DNA of 46,869 bases, from assembly GCF_048170425.1 (NCBI RefSeq), contig NZ_DBEXBB010000129.1, positions 1 through 46,869 on the forward strand, given 5' to 3'. The position numbers and the translations under genes were made by a program. Source of the stretch: Phocaeicola sp. (GTDB lineage Bacteria; Bacteroidota; Bacteroidia; Bacteroidales; Bacteroidaceae). Positions 1 to 8,635 of the stretch are shown here, piece after piece. Each line of letters starts with the position of its first letter. Position 1 is the first letter of the stretch. The notes below the pieces were generated by a model, which was given only the letters and a program-made list of their open reading frames with translations, was not told the origin of the DNA and did not search any database.

Positions 1-1206
1 AAAACTCAAAATCTACTTATGGCCGCATTTTGTATATTGATATCTGTTAGTTGTGGCCCGCGTACCGATAAAGAATATTTGTCTGACGTATTACAGAAAA
101 TGAACAAGGTTGAATCAGTGAGTTATAAGGTCGTTAGACAAGCTTGGTTGCCTGGGGAAAAAGATCCTGTTTATACAGTAACATCCGAAGTTTATGAACA
201 TATTAACCCACAAGATACGGCTATAGGTTCATCTTTTGTAGAGTTTCAGGACAATGCCTTTCGTGGTGTATATGATGGAAAAGTGTCCTCTTATGTTTAT
301 GAAGAGGAGGGGGAAAAATGGATTCGGGAAGATGATTTTACAACTAAAAGCCCGCTTCCTTTCCGTATGGTTATGCCTGAATTCTTTTACTATACTCAGT
401 CAATTCTTAAATACGCAATTACTACCCAGGACTCTATAGAGCTTTCCTTGAAAGATTTGGGTGATGATTATTTGATGGAACTGACCATTCACATGCCTGT
501 TCAGGTGGAGTTTTTTGGTAAAGCTCGTTATATGCCGCAGAATCCGTATGTATATGATCCGACGTCTGTCTACAAAATCTGGATCTCCAAAAAAGATGAC
601 ATGCCATATCGTTATCGGAGGGAAATGGAGGGTAACATGAATGAAGCTTCTTGTTCTGACTTTATCTATAACCCGGTTGATAAAGAGTGTATTGTAGCGA
701 CAAATTATTATCCAGAAGGTTTTGAGATTGTAAAAAAAGGGCAGCGATCTTCAAAACCAACTGTGGATATGACGGGTAAAAAAGCTACAGACTGGACGCT
801 TACTGATATGAAGGGTCAGAAGGTTTCTTTAAGCGGTATAAAGTCGAAGGTCATCTTGTTGCAGTTCACAGGGATAGGCTGCGGACCATGCAAGATTTCG
901 ATTCCTTTCTTGAACAGGTTGAAAAAAGAATATACAGTGAACGAGCTTGAAGTGCTGGCTGTGGAAACGTGGGGAAGGTCGAAGTCGTCTTGCGAAGCCT
1001 ATGTGAAAAATCAGGGAATAGAATACAGCTTTCTGACAGCCGATAAGAATACAATTGCTAAACTTATAAATGATTATCAGGCTGGTAGCGGAGTTCCGCA
1101 GTTTTACTTGATAGGTAAAGATCGCACGATAATTGCAAAGTTTCAAGGCTATGCGGGAAAGACAACAGATGCAGAGATAGAAAAGAAGATAAAAGCGAAT
1201 TTGTAG
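1..1206 (+). CDS. TlpA/redoxin-family thiol-disulfide oxidoreductase lipoprotein (probably 5'-truncated by window edge)
   Basis: Frame is open from base 1 (KTQNLLMAAFCILISVSC, lipobox-like VSC); C-terminal thioredoxin-like domain with LLQFTGIGCGPC (CxxC) and GVPQFYLIGKD. Confidence 0.8.
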   Translation, partial: KTQNLLMAAFCILISVSCGPRTDKEYLSDVLQKMNKVESVSYKVVRQAWLPGEKDPVYTVTSEVYEHINPQDTAIGSSFVEFQDNAFRGVYDGKVSSYVYEEEGEKWIREDDFTTKSPLPFRMVMPEFFYYTQSILKYAITTQDSIELSLKDLGDDYLMELTIHMPVQVEFFGKARYMPQNPYVYDPTSVYKIWISKKDDMPYRYRREMEGNMNEASCSDFIYNPVDKECIVATNYYPEGFEIVKKGQRSSKPTVDMTGKKATDWTLTDMKGQKVSLSGIKSKVILLQFTGIGCGPCKISIPFLNRLKKEYTVNELEVLAVETWGRSKSSCEAYVKNQGIEYSFLTADKNTIAKLINDYQAGSGVPQFYLIGKDRTIIAKFQGYAGKTTDAEIEKKIKANL

Positions 1207-1257
1207 ACCGAAAAAACGTATTCTCCTCAATCCTTGCATTTTCTGTAGATTTTTCTA

Positions 1258-1265
1258 TACATTTG
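1258..1265 (+). promoter_or_regulatory. Bacteroidota sigma70 -7 element (TACATTTG) for the leader ORF/bio operon
   Basis: Exact TAnnTTTG match 30 nt before ATG 1296; TTG at 1234-1236 in a -33-like position. Confidence 0.7.
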
Positions 1266-1295
1266 CAGCCATACATTTAAACAAAGAGAAAACAG

Positions 1296-1685
1296 ATGCA
1301 TCGTATCACTCCCTGTTCGCAAAAGGTCATGCTTCGGTTCCGTCGCTGGAGCCGGAAGGAATATGCTGCGTTCGTGAGCCTGCATCGCCATGTCACCATC
1401 GGACAGGTGGGACGAGGAATTGCAGATGCTTCATTGGGCAAGCAGAAAACGGCAGTGTGCGAGGGAAAGAAAATAGAAGGCACGTCATGGACTGACCTTT
1501 CGGAGGAAGATGCACTCTTTGGAAGTGGAGGACTAGGGCTTGGAGGAAGTCTATTCGAAACAGACCGGACAAGATTGTGGTGTCTGCTGGTGCCGCAAAG
1601 GGAAGAAGTGCCTGCGTTGCTTTTAGATGAAATAAATAAGATAACAATAACCGGAAGGGGTGTACCCGTTTCAGGTCAAGTCTGA
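1296..1685 (+). CDS. 129-aa leader/hypothetical protein upstream of bioB, N-terminal RFRRWSRKxYAAFxSLxRxVTIG motif
   Basis: ATG after A-rich UTR and promoter; basic/aromatic N-terminal block then an acidic/Gly-rich low-information tail; stop codon lies inside the downstream hairpin. Confidence 0.65.
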   Translation: MHRITPCSQKVMLRFRRWSRKEYAAFVSLHRHVTIGQVGRGIADASLGKQKTAVCEGKKIEGTSWTDLSEEDALFGSGGLGLGGSLFETDRTRLWCLLVPQREEVPALLLDEINKITITGRGVPVSGQV

Positions 1686-1721
1686 CAGACTTAACCGAAG
1701 CGGATACATCCCTTCTTTTTT
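1654..1721 (+). terminator. Long intrinsic terminator/attenuator hairpin overlapping the leader ORF end
   Basis: GAAGGGGTGTA-CCCGTTTC-A-GGTCAAGTCT GAC AGACTTAACC-GAAGCGGA-TACATCCCTTC followed by T6 (1716-1721); ends 13 nt before the bioB ATG. Confidence 0.75.
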
Positions 1722-1734
1722 AGGATAAATACGT

Positions 1735-2697
1735 ATGGAAAGATTACAGAAATTAGAAGAGAAGATAAAGGAAGGAGGCATGCTTACTTCGGAGGAGGCT
1801 TTGTGGCTGCTCGAGGAAGCGCCTTTTGAGGAACTGTGTGAGGTGGCTCACCGCATTACGGTGGCATACGCTTCACGGAAGTTTGACATGTGTTCCATCA
1901 TTAATGCCAAGTCGGGACGTTGCCCTGAAAACTGCAAATGGTGTGCCCAGTCGGTGCATCATCACACGGGCGTGGAGGAGTACGGATTGGTGAGTGAAGA
2001 GGAATGTTTGCGTCAGGCAAAGATGAACGAAAGCCAGGGTGTGGCTCGTTTCTCACTGGTGACCAGTGGTCGTCGGCCTTCGGCGGGAGAGGTAGAGAAA
2101 CTTTGCAAGCACTTTGAATACCTTCGGGCGCACAGTAAGATTGAATTGTGTGCGTCGTTAGGACTGGCTACGGAAGAACAGCTCGTAGCCCTGCACCGTG
2201 CGGGGGTGAGCCGTTACCACTGCAATCTGGAAACGGCGCCTTCGTTCTTCCCGACCTTGTGTTCCACGCATACGCAGGCACAGAAGATAGAAACGCTCCA
2301 GGCAGCTCGCCGGGCGGGTATGGACGTGTGCAGCGGAGGCATCATCGGCATGGGAGAAACGCCGGCCCAGCGGGTGGAACTGGCACTGACCTTGCGGGAA
2401 CTGGAGGTACAGTCCATCCCGTTGAACCTGTTGCAGCCCATCAAGGGTACGCCGCTGGAACACGCAAAGCCGCTGACGGCGGAAGAGGTGCTGCGTACGG
2501 TGGCCATGTTCCGCATGGTGAATCCGACGGCTTTCCTGCGCTTTGCCGGAGGGCGCTCGCAGTTGAGCGAGGAGACGGCGGACCGTGCGCTGTATGTGGG
2601 AATCAATTCGGCCATTGTGGGGGATTTGCTGACCACCCTTGGCTCAAAAGTAACTAAAGACAAAGAACGTATAAAGGAGGCAGGATATGAATTGTGA
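1735..2697 (+). CDS. bioB: Biotin synthase (radical SAM)
   Basis: [11 protein letters not shown]xxxCxxC motif, [18 protein letters not shown], first gene of the bio cluster. Confidence 0.97.
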   Translation: MERLQKLEEKIKEGGMLTSEEALWLLEEAPFEELCEVAHRITVAYASRKFDMCSIINAKSGRCPENCKWCAQSVHHHTGVEEYGLVSEEECLRQAKMNESQGVARFSLVTSGRRPSAGEVEKLCKHFEYLRAHSKIELCASLGLATEEQLVALHRAGVSRYHCNLETAPSFFPTLCSTHTQAQKIETLQAARRAGMDVCSGGIIGMGETPAQRVELALTLRELEVQSIPLNLLQPIKGTPLEHAKPLTAEEVLRTVAMFRMVNPTAFLRFAGGRSQLSEETADRALYVGINSAIVGDLLTTLGSKVTKDKERIKEAGYEL

Positions 2698-3976
2698 GAA
2701 ATTGTTTGACGAATTTGACCGGGACCATTTGTGGCATCCGTATACTTCAACTTCAAACCCGCTGCCCACTTATAAGGTGGAACGGGCACAGGGTTGTACC
2801 TTGACGCTGGCCGACGGTACGGAACTGATTGACGGCATGTCGTCGTGGTGGTGTGCCGTGCATGGATACAATCATCCGGTGTTGAACCAGGCAATAGAAG
2901 AACAGCTTCACCGAATGTCGCACGTGATGTTCGGGGGACTGACGCACGAGCCGGCCATCGAATTGGGAAAGGAATTGCTGAAAATCGTGCCTCCCAGCAT
3001 GGAATACATTTTTTATGCCGACAGTGGGTCGGTGGCTGTGGAAGTGGCTTTGAAGATGGCGGTGCAGTATCAGTTTGCGGCAGGTCATCCGGAGAAGAAC
3101 AATTTTGTGACCATCCGTTCGGGCTATCACGGCGATACGTGGAACGCCATGTCGGTATGCGACCCGGTGACGGGCATGCACAGCCTGTTTGGTTCGGCCC
3201 TTCCGGTGCGCTATTTTGTACCTTCTCCGCAGTGCTGTTTCGATGCGGAATGGGACGAGAAAGACATCGAGCCGTTGCGGGAAGTCATCACGCAGCACCA
3301 TGGCGAGCTGGCGGCCCTGATTCTGGAACCGATCGTGCAGGGAGCCGGAGGGATGCGTTTCTACCATCCGCAGTATTTACGGGAGGCGGCACGCCTCTGC
3401 CGGGAACACGGCATGCTCCTGATTTTTGACGAGATTGCCACAGGCTTCGGACGTACGGGAAAATTGTTTGCATGGGAACATGCGCAGGTGGAACCGGACA
3501 TCATGTGCATCGGCAAGGCGTTGACAGGAGGGTATATGACCTTCTCGGCGGTGCTAGCTTCGGCAAAGGTGGCCGACTGCATTTCTTCCAAGGAGCCGCG
3601 TGCGTTCATGCACGGTCCTACGTTTATGGGCAACCCGCTGGCTTGTGCCGTGGCACTGGCTTCCGTACGTCTGTTGTTGTCGTCAGGCTGGCAGGAGAAG
3701 GTACGCCGCATTGAAGCACAGTTGAAAGAAGAACTGGCACCGGCGGCTTTGTTGCCGCAGGTGGCTGATGTCAGGGTACTGGGGGCCATCGGAGTGATTG
3801 AAACCAAGAAGCCGGTCGACATGGGCTGGATGCAGCGCCGGTTTGTGGAAGAAGGTATCTGGGTGCGCCCGTTCGGACGGCTGGCCTATATCATGCCGCC
3901 TTTCATCATCCGTCCGGAGCAGCTGAACAAGCTGACGAGCGGTTTGTGTAAGATTGTCGGCGAAATGCCGGAATAA
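2687..3976 (+). CDS. bioA: Adenosylmethionine-8-amino-7-oxononanoate aminotransferase
   Basis: [48 protein letters not shown] motifs. Confidence 0.97.
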   Translation: MNCEKLFDEFDRDHLWHPYTSTSNPLPTYKVERAQGCTLTLADGTELIDGMSSWWCAVHGYNHPVLNQAIEEQLHRMSHVMFGGLTHEPAIELGKELLKIVPPSMEYIFYADSGSVAVEVALKMAVQYQFAAGHPEKNNFVTIRSGYHGDTWNAMSVCDPVTGMHSLFGSALPVRYFVPSPQCCFDAEWDEKDIEPLREVITQHHGELAALILEPIVQGAGGMRFYHPQYLREAARLCREHGMLLIFDEIATGFGRTGKLFAWEHAQVEPDIMCIGKALTGGYMTFSAVLASAKVADCISSKEPRAFMHGPTFMGNPLACAVALASVRLLLSSGWQEKVRRIEAQLKEELAPAALLPQVADVRVLGAIGVIETKKPVDMGWMQRRFVEEGIWVRPFGRLAYIMPPFIIRPEQLNKLTSGLCKIVGEMPE

Positions 3977-3994
3977 AAACAAAGGAGGTAAATC

Positions 3995-5170
3995 ATGGAA
4001 AATGAAATACAACCCGGACTGGACGGAGATTTTCAGCTGGAACTGGACAAGCTGGAGGCGTGTGGCAACCTGCGTGTGTTGCCGGAAACCTGCAGCGACG
4101 GGAAATGGATTGAGGCCGGTGGACGGAGGATGCTGAACCTGTCGTCGAACGATTATTTGGGACTGGCTTCGGACAAGGCGTTGCGTGAGGAGTTTTTGCA
4201 GACGGTGAAGGAGAGGGATTTGTGCTTTTCTTCCTCGTCCTCACGGTTGCTGACGGGCAACTTCCCGGCCTATCGGGAACTGGAATCGCTGCTGGCTTCG
4301 TTGTTTGGAGCGGAGAGTGCGCTGGTGTTCAGCAGCGGGTATCACATGAATACGGGGATTCTTCCGGCGGTGACCGATGCGAACACGCTGATTTTAGCCG
4401 ACAAATTAGTGCATGCGAGTCTGATTGACGGCATCCGCTTGTCGGCGGCCAAGTGCATCCGTTACCGTCATCAGGACTATGCGCAGTTGGAGAATCTGCT
4501 GGCCAAACATCACGGCGAGTATCATCGGATTATTGTGGTGACGGAAAGTGTGTTCAGTATGGACGGTGACGTGGCTTCGCTCGACTGGCTGGTGGAACTG
4601 AAGCGCCGTTATACCAACGTGATGTTGTATGTGGATGAGGCGCACGGCATTGCCGTACGGGGCCAGCGAGGACTGGGGGTAGCCGAGGAACAAGGTTGTC
4701 TGAAGGACATCGATTTCTTGTGCGGTACCTTCGGCAAGGCGATGGCTTCCGTGGGAGCGTATGTAGTGTGCCGGAAGGTGATACGCGATTACCTGGTGAA
4801 CCGGATGCGTACGTTGATTTTCACTACGGCCTTGCCGCCTATCAATGTGGCATGGACGCGCTTTGTCTTGTCGCACCTGGAAGACATGCAGGCACGGCGG
4901 GAGCATCTGGCTAAAATCTCAGCGAGTCTGCGGACGGCTATCCGTGAGAGTGGGGTGGAATGTCCGTCGGAAAGTCACATTATTCCCCTGGTAGTGGGAG
5001 CCAACGAGAAGGCCATCTGGAAGGCCTTGCAGATGCAGGAACACGGCTTTTATGTGTTGCCGGTGCGTCCGCCTACCGTACCCGAGGGTACGGCGCGGTT
5101 GCGTTTCTCGCTGACTTCGCTGATTGAAGAGGATGAGATGGCACGGTTGTGTCATGAAATGAAAGCATGA
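3995..5170 (+). CDS. bioF: 8-amino-7-oxononanoate synthase
   Basis: LNLSSNDYLGL, HASLIDG, ESVFSMDGD, DEAHG, GTFGKA, VRPPTVP motifs. Confidence 0.95.
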   Translation: MENEIQPGLDGDFQLELDKLEACGNLRVLPETCSDGKWIEAGGRRMLNLSSNDYLGLASDKALREEFLQTVKERDLCFSSSSSRLLTGNFPAYRELESLLASLFGAESALVFSSGYHMNTGILPAVTDANTLILADKLVHASLIDGIRLSAAKCIRYRHQDYAQLENLLAKHHGEYHRIIVVTESVFSMDGDVASLDWLVELKRRYTNVMLYVDEAHGIAVRGQRGLGVAEEQGCLKDIDFLCGTFGKAMASVGAYVVCRKVIRDYLVNRMRTLIFTTALPPINVAWTRFVLSHLEDMQARREHLAKISASLRTAIRESGVECPSESHIIPLVVGANEKAIWKALQMQEHGFYVLPVRPPTVPEGTARLRFSLTSLIEEDEMARLCHEMKA

Positions 5171-5190
5171 AAACAGAAAGAAATTAAGAT

Positions 5191-5859
5191 ATGAAACAAC
5201 GGTTTATCAAGAAGGAAGGAAATTCCACACTGCTGCTCTTCTTTGCCGGATGGGGCTCGGACGAAAATCTGTTTGCCGGACCGGTGCAGGAAGAATGCGA
5301 CTGCCTGTTGTGCTTCGATTATAAGGATTTGGATTTTGACTACAGTCTGCTGGAGGGCTACAGGGAGATACGGGTCATGGCATGGTCTATGGGCGTATGG
5401 GTAGCCTGCCAGACGTTGGCCGGAAAAGAGTACCCTTACGGGGTGAGGCTGGCGGTGAATGGTACGTCTTTCCCTATTCACGATACAAAAGGCATACCTG
5501 AAGCCATCTTTCAGGGAACGCTGGAGAATTTTTCGGAACCGGTGCTGGTTCGTTTCCGTCGGCGGATTTGCGGGTCGGCCGCACAGGTGAAGACGTTCCT
5601 GTCGCATCATCCTTATCGGGAGGCAGATGATTTGCATCAGGAGCTGGCTGCTTTGTGGACGGCAGTAAAGGCTCGTCCGGCTGTGGAGTGGACTTGGGAC
5701 AAGGCGGTTGTCGGGACGAACGACAAAATTTTCCCGCCTCAGAACCAGCGCGAAGCCTGGCAGGGAGTGGCAGTGGAAGAAGTGGATGCGGAACACTATG
5801 ACGAGGAGTTGTTCCGTGAGTTGCTGAACGGAGAAAGTCGCTTATGGACAAGGCTCTGA
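5191..5859 (+). CDS. bioG: DUF452/BioG-family pimeloyl-ACP methyl ester esterase
   Basis: LLLFFAGWG, AWSMG nucleophile elbow, AVNGT, position between bioF and bioC. Confidence 0.85.
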   Translation: MKQRFIKKEGNSTLLLFFAGWGSDENLFAGPVQEECDCLLCFDYKDLDFDYSLLEGYREIRVMAWSMGVWVACQTLAGKEYPYGVRLAVNGTSFPIHDTKGIPEAIFQGTLENFSEPVLVRFRRRICGSAAQVKTFLSHHPYREADDLHQELAALWTAVKARPAVEWTWDKAVVGTNDKIFPPQNQREAWQGVAVEEVDAEHYDEELFRELLNGESRLWTRL

Positions 5860-6593
5860 TTAGTCGGCGCTTTGCCAAGGCTGTGGGAACTTACCTGGAC
5901 AAGGCCGACGTGCAGCGTTACGTGGCATCCCGGATGGCGGAACTGACCGGGCGTTACATTCCTTCGGACATACAGGAACGGGTACTGGAAATTGGTTGTG
6001 GCACGGGCATGTTCACGCGGATGTACTTGCAGCAAGTTGAACCGGAAGAGATGTGGCTGAACGACCTTTGTCCGGAAGTGGAACCTTACCTGGCAGATGT
6101 GCTGGGTGAAAAGGTGCATTTCATGGCGAAGGATGCGGAGACATTAGCTTTTCCGGAGGGGCAGGATCTGATTGTATCGTGTTCGGCGGTGCAGTGGTTT
6201 GAAGACCTGCCACGTTTCTTTTCAGGATGCCGTAAGTTGCTGCACGAAGGGGGATACCTCGCTTTCAGTACCTTCGGTCCTCACAATACAGAGGAGGTGG
6301 CGACACTGACTGCGGCGGGATTGTCGTATCCGTCGCTGGAGGAACTGAAAGAGATGCTGGCGGCACGCTATGAGGTAGTATATGCCCACGAGGAACAGTT
6401 GCGCCTGTCATTTTCTTCCCCCTTGGACGTGTTGAAGCATTTGAAGGAGACCGGAGTGACGGGTACGGCTGCACAGCCATGGACACGCGGCAGGTTGCAG
6501 GAATTCTGCCGGAATTATACGAGACAATTTTCGGATGAACGGGGAAAGGTGTACCTGACCTTTCATCCTATTTATATGATATGTAGAAAATAA
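5844..6593 (+). CDS. bioC: Malonyl-ACP O-methyltransferase
   Basis: VLEIGCGTG SAM motif, QW, STFGP, LKHLKETGV; overlaps the bioG end. Confidence 0.93.
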   Translation: MDKALISRRFAKAVGTYLDKADVQRYVASRMAELTGRYIPSDIQERVLEIGCGTGMFTRMYLQQVEPEEMWLNDLCPEVEPYLADVLGEKVHFMAKDAETLAFPEGQDLIVSCSAVQWFEDLPRFFSGCRKLLHEGGYLAFSTFGPHNTEEVATLTAAGLSYPSLEELKEMLAARYEVVYAHEEQLRLSFSSPLDVLKHLKETGVTGTAAQPWTRGRLQEFCRNYTRQFSDERGKVYLTFHPIYMICRK

Positions 6594-6606
6594 AAAGGTT
6601 ACGAGA

Positions 6607-7254
6607 ATGAAAAAGAATGTATATTTTGTCAGCGGAATTGATACCAATATCGGAAAGAGTTATGCCACGGCTTACCTGGCTAAGACCTGGAATGAGCGGG
6701 GCATCCGTACCATTACGGAGAAACTGATTCAGACGGGGAATACGGACATGTCGGAAGACATCGAACTGCACCGCCGGATTATGGGTACCGGCTTGTTGCC
6801 GGAAGATAAGGAACGATTGACCATGCCGGAGATTTTTTCTTATCCCTGTTCTCCGCACTTGGCAGCGGAGATAGACAAGCGTCCGATTGACTTCGACAAG
6901 ATTGAACGTGCCACTCAGACGTTGAGCGAACGCTATGATGCGGTGTTGCTGGAAGGAGCCGGAGGACTGATGGTGCCGCTGACCCGTGAGCTGCTGACCA
7001 TCGACTATGTGGCACAGAAGCAGTATCCGCTGGTGTTCGTCACTTCCGGTCGCCTGGGAAGTATCAACCATACGTTGCTGAGCCTGGAAGCGATGACGCG
7101 TCGGGGCATCCGTCTGCATACACTGGCCTATAATCTCTTTCCGGAAGAAGATGATGAGATTATCCGTCACGATACGGAGGAATATATGCGCGACTTGCTG
7201 AAACGGGAATATCCAGACGCAGAGTTTGTGGTAGTTCCGTTCTTGGGAGTGTAA
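6607..7254 (+). CDS. bioD: Dethiobiotin synthetase
   Basis: FVSGIDTNIGKS P-loop, EGAGGLMVP, LGSINHTLLS. Confidence 0.96.
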   Translation: MKKNVYFVSGIDTNIGKSYATAYLAKTWNERGIRTITEKLIQTGNTDMSEDIELHRRIMGTGLLPEDKERLTMPEIFSYPCSPHLAAEIDKRPIDFDKIERATQTLSERYDAVLLEGAGGLMVPLTRELLTIDYVAQKQYPLVFVTSGRLGSINHTLLSLEAMTRRGIRLHTLAYNLFPEEDDEIIRHDTEEYMRDLLKREYPDAEFVVVPFLGV

Positions 7255-7280
7255 AAAGATTGAGCATTCGACAAGTTTAG

Positions 7281-7310
7281 GGAAATCCCTACCTCGAAAT
7301 AGGGATTTCC
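7281..7310 (+). terminator. Stem-loop after bioD (probable terminator, no clear U-tract)
   Basis: Perfect 11-bp inverted repeat GGAAATCCCTA/TAGGGATTTCC with 8-nt loop. Confidence 0.55.
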
Positions 7311-7335
7311 TGCTTGATGGGGAGAAATATCTTTC

Positions 7336-7343
7336 TAATTTTG
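7336..7343 (+). promoter_or_regulatory. -7 promoter element TAATTTTG
   Basis: TAnnTTTG match 39 nt before ATG 7383; implies the ORF-track start at 7314 is too early. Confidence 0.6.
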
Positions 7344-7382
7344 TATCAGATTAAAAAGGTGAAACCGTTAAATGATATAATT

Positions 7383-8609
7383 ATGATGAAGGTGAAAGTA
7401 TTTGCTTCGTTGATGTTGGCTGGCTTGCCATTCATTTTGGCAGCGCAGAGTAACGACGACCTTTACTTCGTTCCCAAGAAAAAAACGGAAACGAAGAAGG
7501 AGACCGTAGCGGCCCCGAAGCAGAATAGTCAGGGGACAACGGTGTATTCCACATCGACTACTTCCACTCCGGTGGTAGTGAAAGATGTGGCAGGAAATAC
7601 GCGTGATGTAGATGAGTACAACCGTCGGTACACATCGCGTGAGAACACGTTCTCCATGCAGAACGATACGCTTTACATTCAGGAAAAGCCGTATAGCGAA
7701 CGGGGAGAGTGGGTGAACGGATTTGAAGGTACGCAGGATGATTACGAGTATGCTATGCGTATTGTCCGTTTCCGTAGTCCGCGCTATGCCATTCCGGTAA
7801 GCAGTCCGCTGTACTGGGATGTGGTGTATGGAGCTTTCCTGTCATGGGACTGGAACGTATATGATGACGGACTTTATGCCTACATATTCCCGACTTATAG
7901 CAATCCGCTGTGGTGGGACTGGAGATGGAACTGGAGTATTGCCGGACCAAGATTCTGTTTTGGCTGGAATTGGTATTCTCCATGGTATTATAGCAGCTGG
8001 TACTCTCCTTACTGGTATGGTGGTTACTGGGGTGGCTATTGGGCTGGTTATTGGGGGCCGGGATGGCATCATCATCACCCGTACTATCCGTCATATGGAT
8101 GGGGAGGAGCTTATCAGGGACATTCTTATTCTTATAATAACCGCCGTGCGGAGAATGTAGTGCGAAGAGGTACTGTGGGTTCTGTATTTGACCGTAATGG
8201 AAGAACGGGAGGCCGTGTGATGAGTGGCTTGGATCAAAACGGCAGAACAGGAGGGCGTGTAGTAAGCGGAACTAATGGTGTACGTTCTGTACGTCCGGAT
8301 GATGCCACAAGAGTACGTAATACAGGTGTGAGATATACACGTCCTTCACAGGGTATTGGTGAATCTACTTATTCTCGTCCAAGTAGTACACGTCCAAATT
8401 CTTATCGTAACACCGGAGTGTTTGACCGGATGAACCAGAATAGTGGTAATCGGATGAATGAAATAAACAATTCACGGACAAATTCAAATTCTTCTGTCAG
8501 AAGCTATAATAACTTTGGAGGAGGTAGTTATCGTTCCACTACAACCAGTGGGGGAGGCTCTTCTAGAAGTGTAAGTTCTGGTGGTGGCGGAGGTGCACAC
8601 AGAAGATAG
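7383..8609 (+). CDS. Secreted hypothetical protein with W/Y/G-rich core and R/G/S/N-rich low-complexity tail
   Basis: Signal peptide MMKVKVFASLMLAGLPFILAAQ, DDLYFVP and RDVDEYNRR blocks, aromatic-rich middle, disordered C-terminus. Confidence 0.8.
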   Translation: MMKVKVFASLMLAGLPFILAAQSNDDLYFVPKKKTETKKETVAAPKQNSQGTTVYSTSTTSTPVVVKDVAGNTRDVDEYNRRYTSRENTFSMQNDTLYIQEKPYSERGEWVNGFEGTQDDYEYAMRIVRFRSPRYAIPVSSPLYWDVVYGAFLSWDWNVYDDGLYAYIFPTYSNPLWWDWRWNWSIAGPRFCFGWNWYSPWYYSSWYSPYWYGGYWGGYWAGYWGPGWHHHHPYYPSYGWGGAYQGHSYSYNNRRAENVVRRGTVGSVFDRNGRTGGRVMSGLDQNGRTGGRVVSGTNGVRSVRPDDATRVRNTGVRYTRPSQGIGESTYSRPSSTRPNSYRNTGVFDRMNQNSGNRMNEINNSRTNSNSSVRSYNNFGGGSYRSTTTSGGGSSRSVSSGGGGGAHRR

Positions 8610-8635
8610 GCTGAACATTAAATTAAGGAATAAGT

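Noticed and set aside
1673..1696. BirA/BioR/BioQ operator at GGTCAAGTCTGACAGACTTAACC
   Set aside because: Does not fit those consensus sites as I recall them, lies ~400 bp downstream of the promoter, and is part of a longer stem with G-U pairs and a U-tract, which favours RNA structure.
2148..7170. Many alternative-frame and antisense ORFs over the bio genes
   Set aside because: Shadow ORFs of GC-rich coding sequence with no recognisable motifs.
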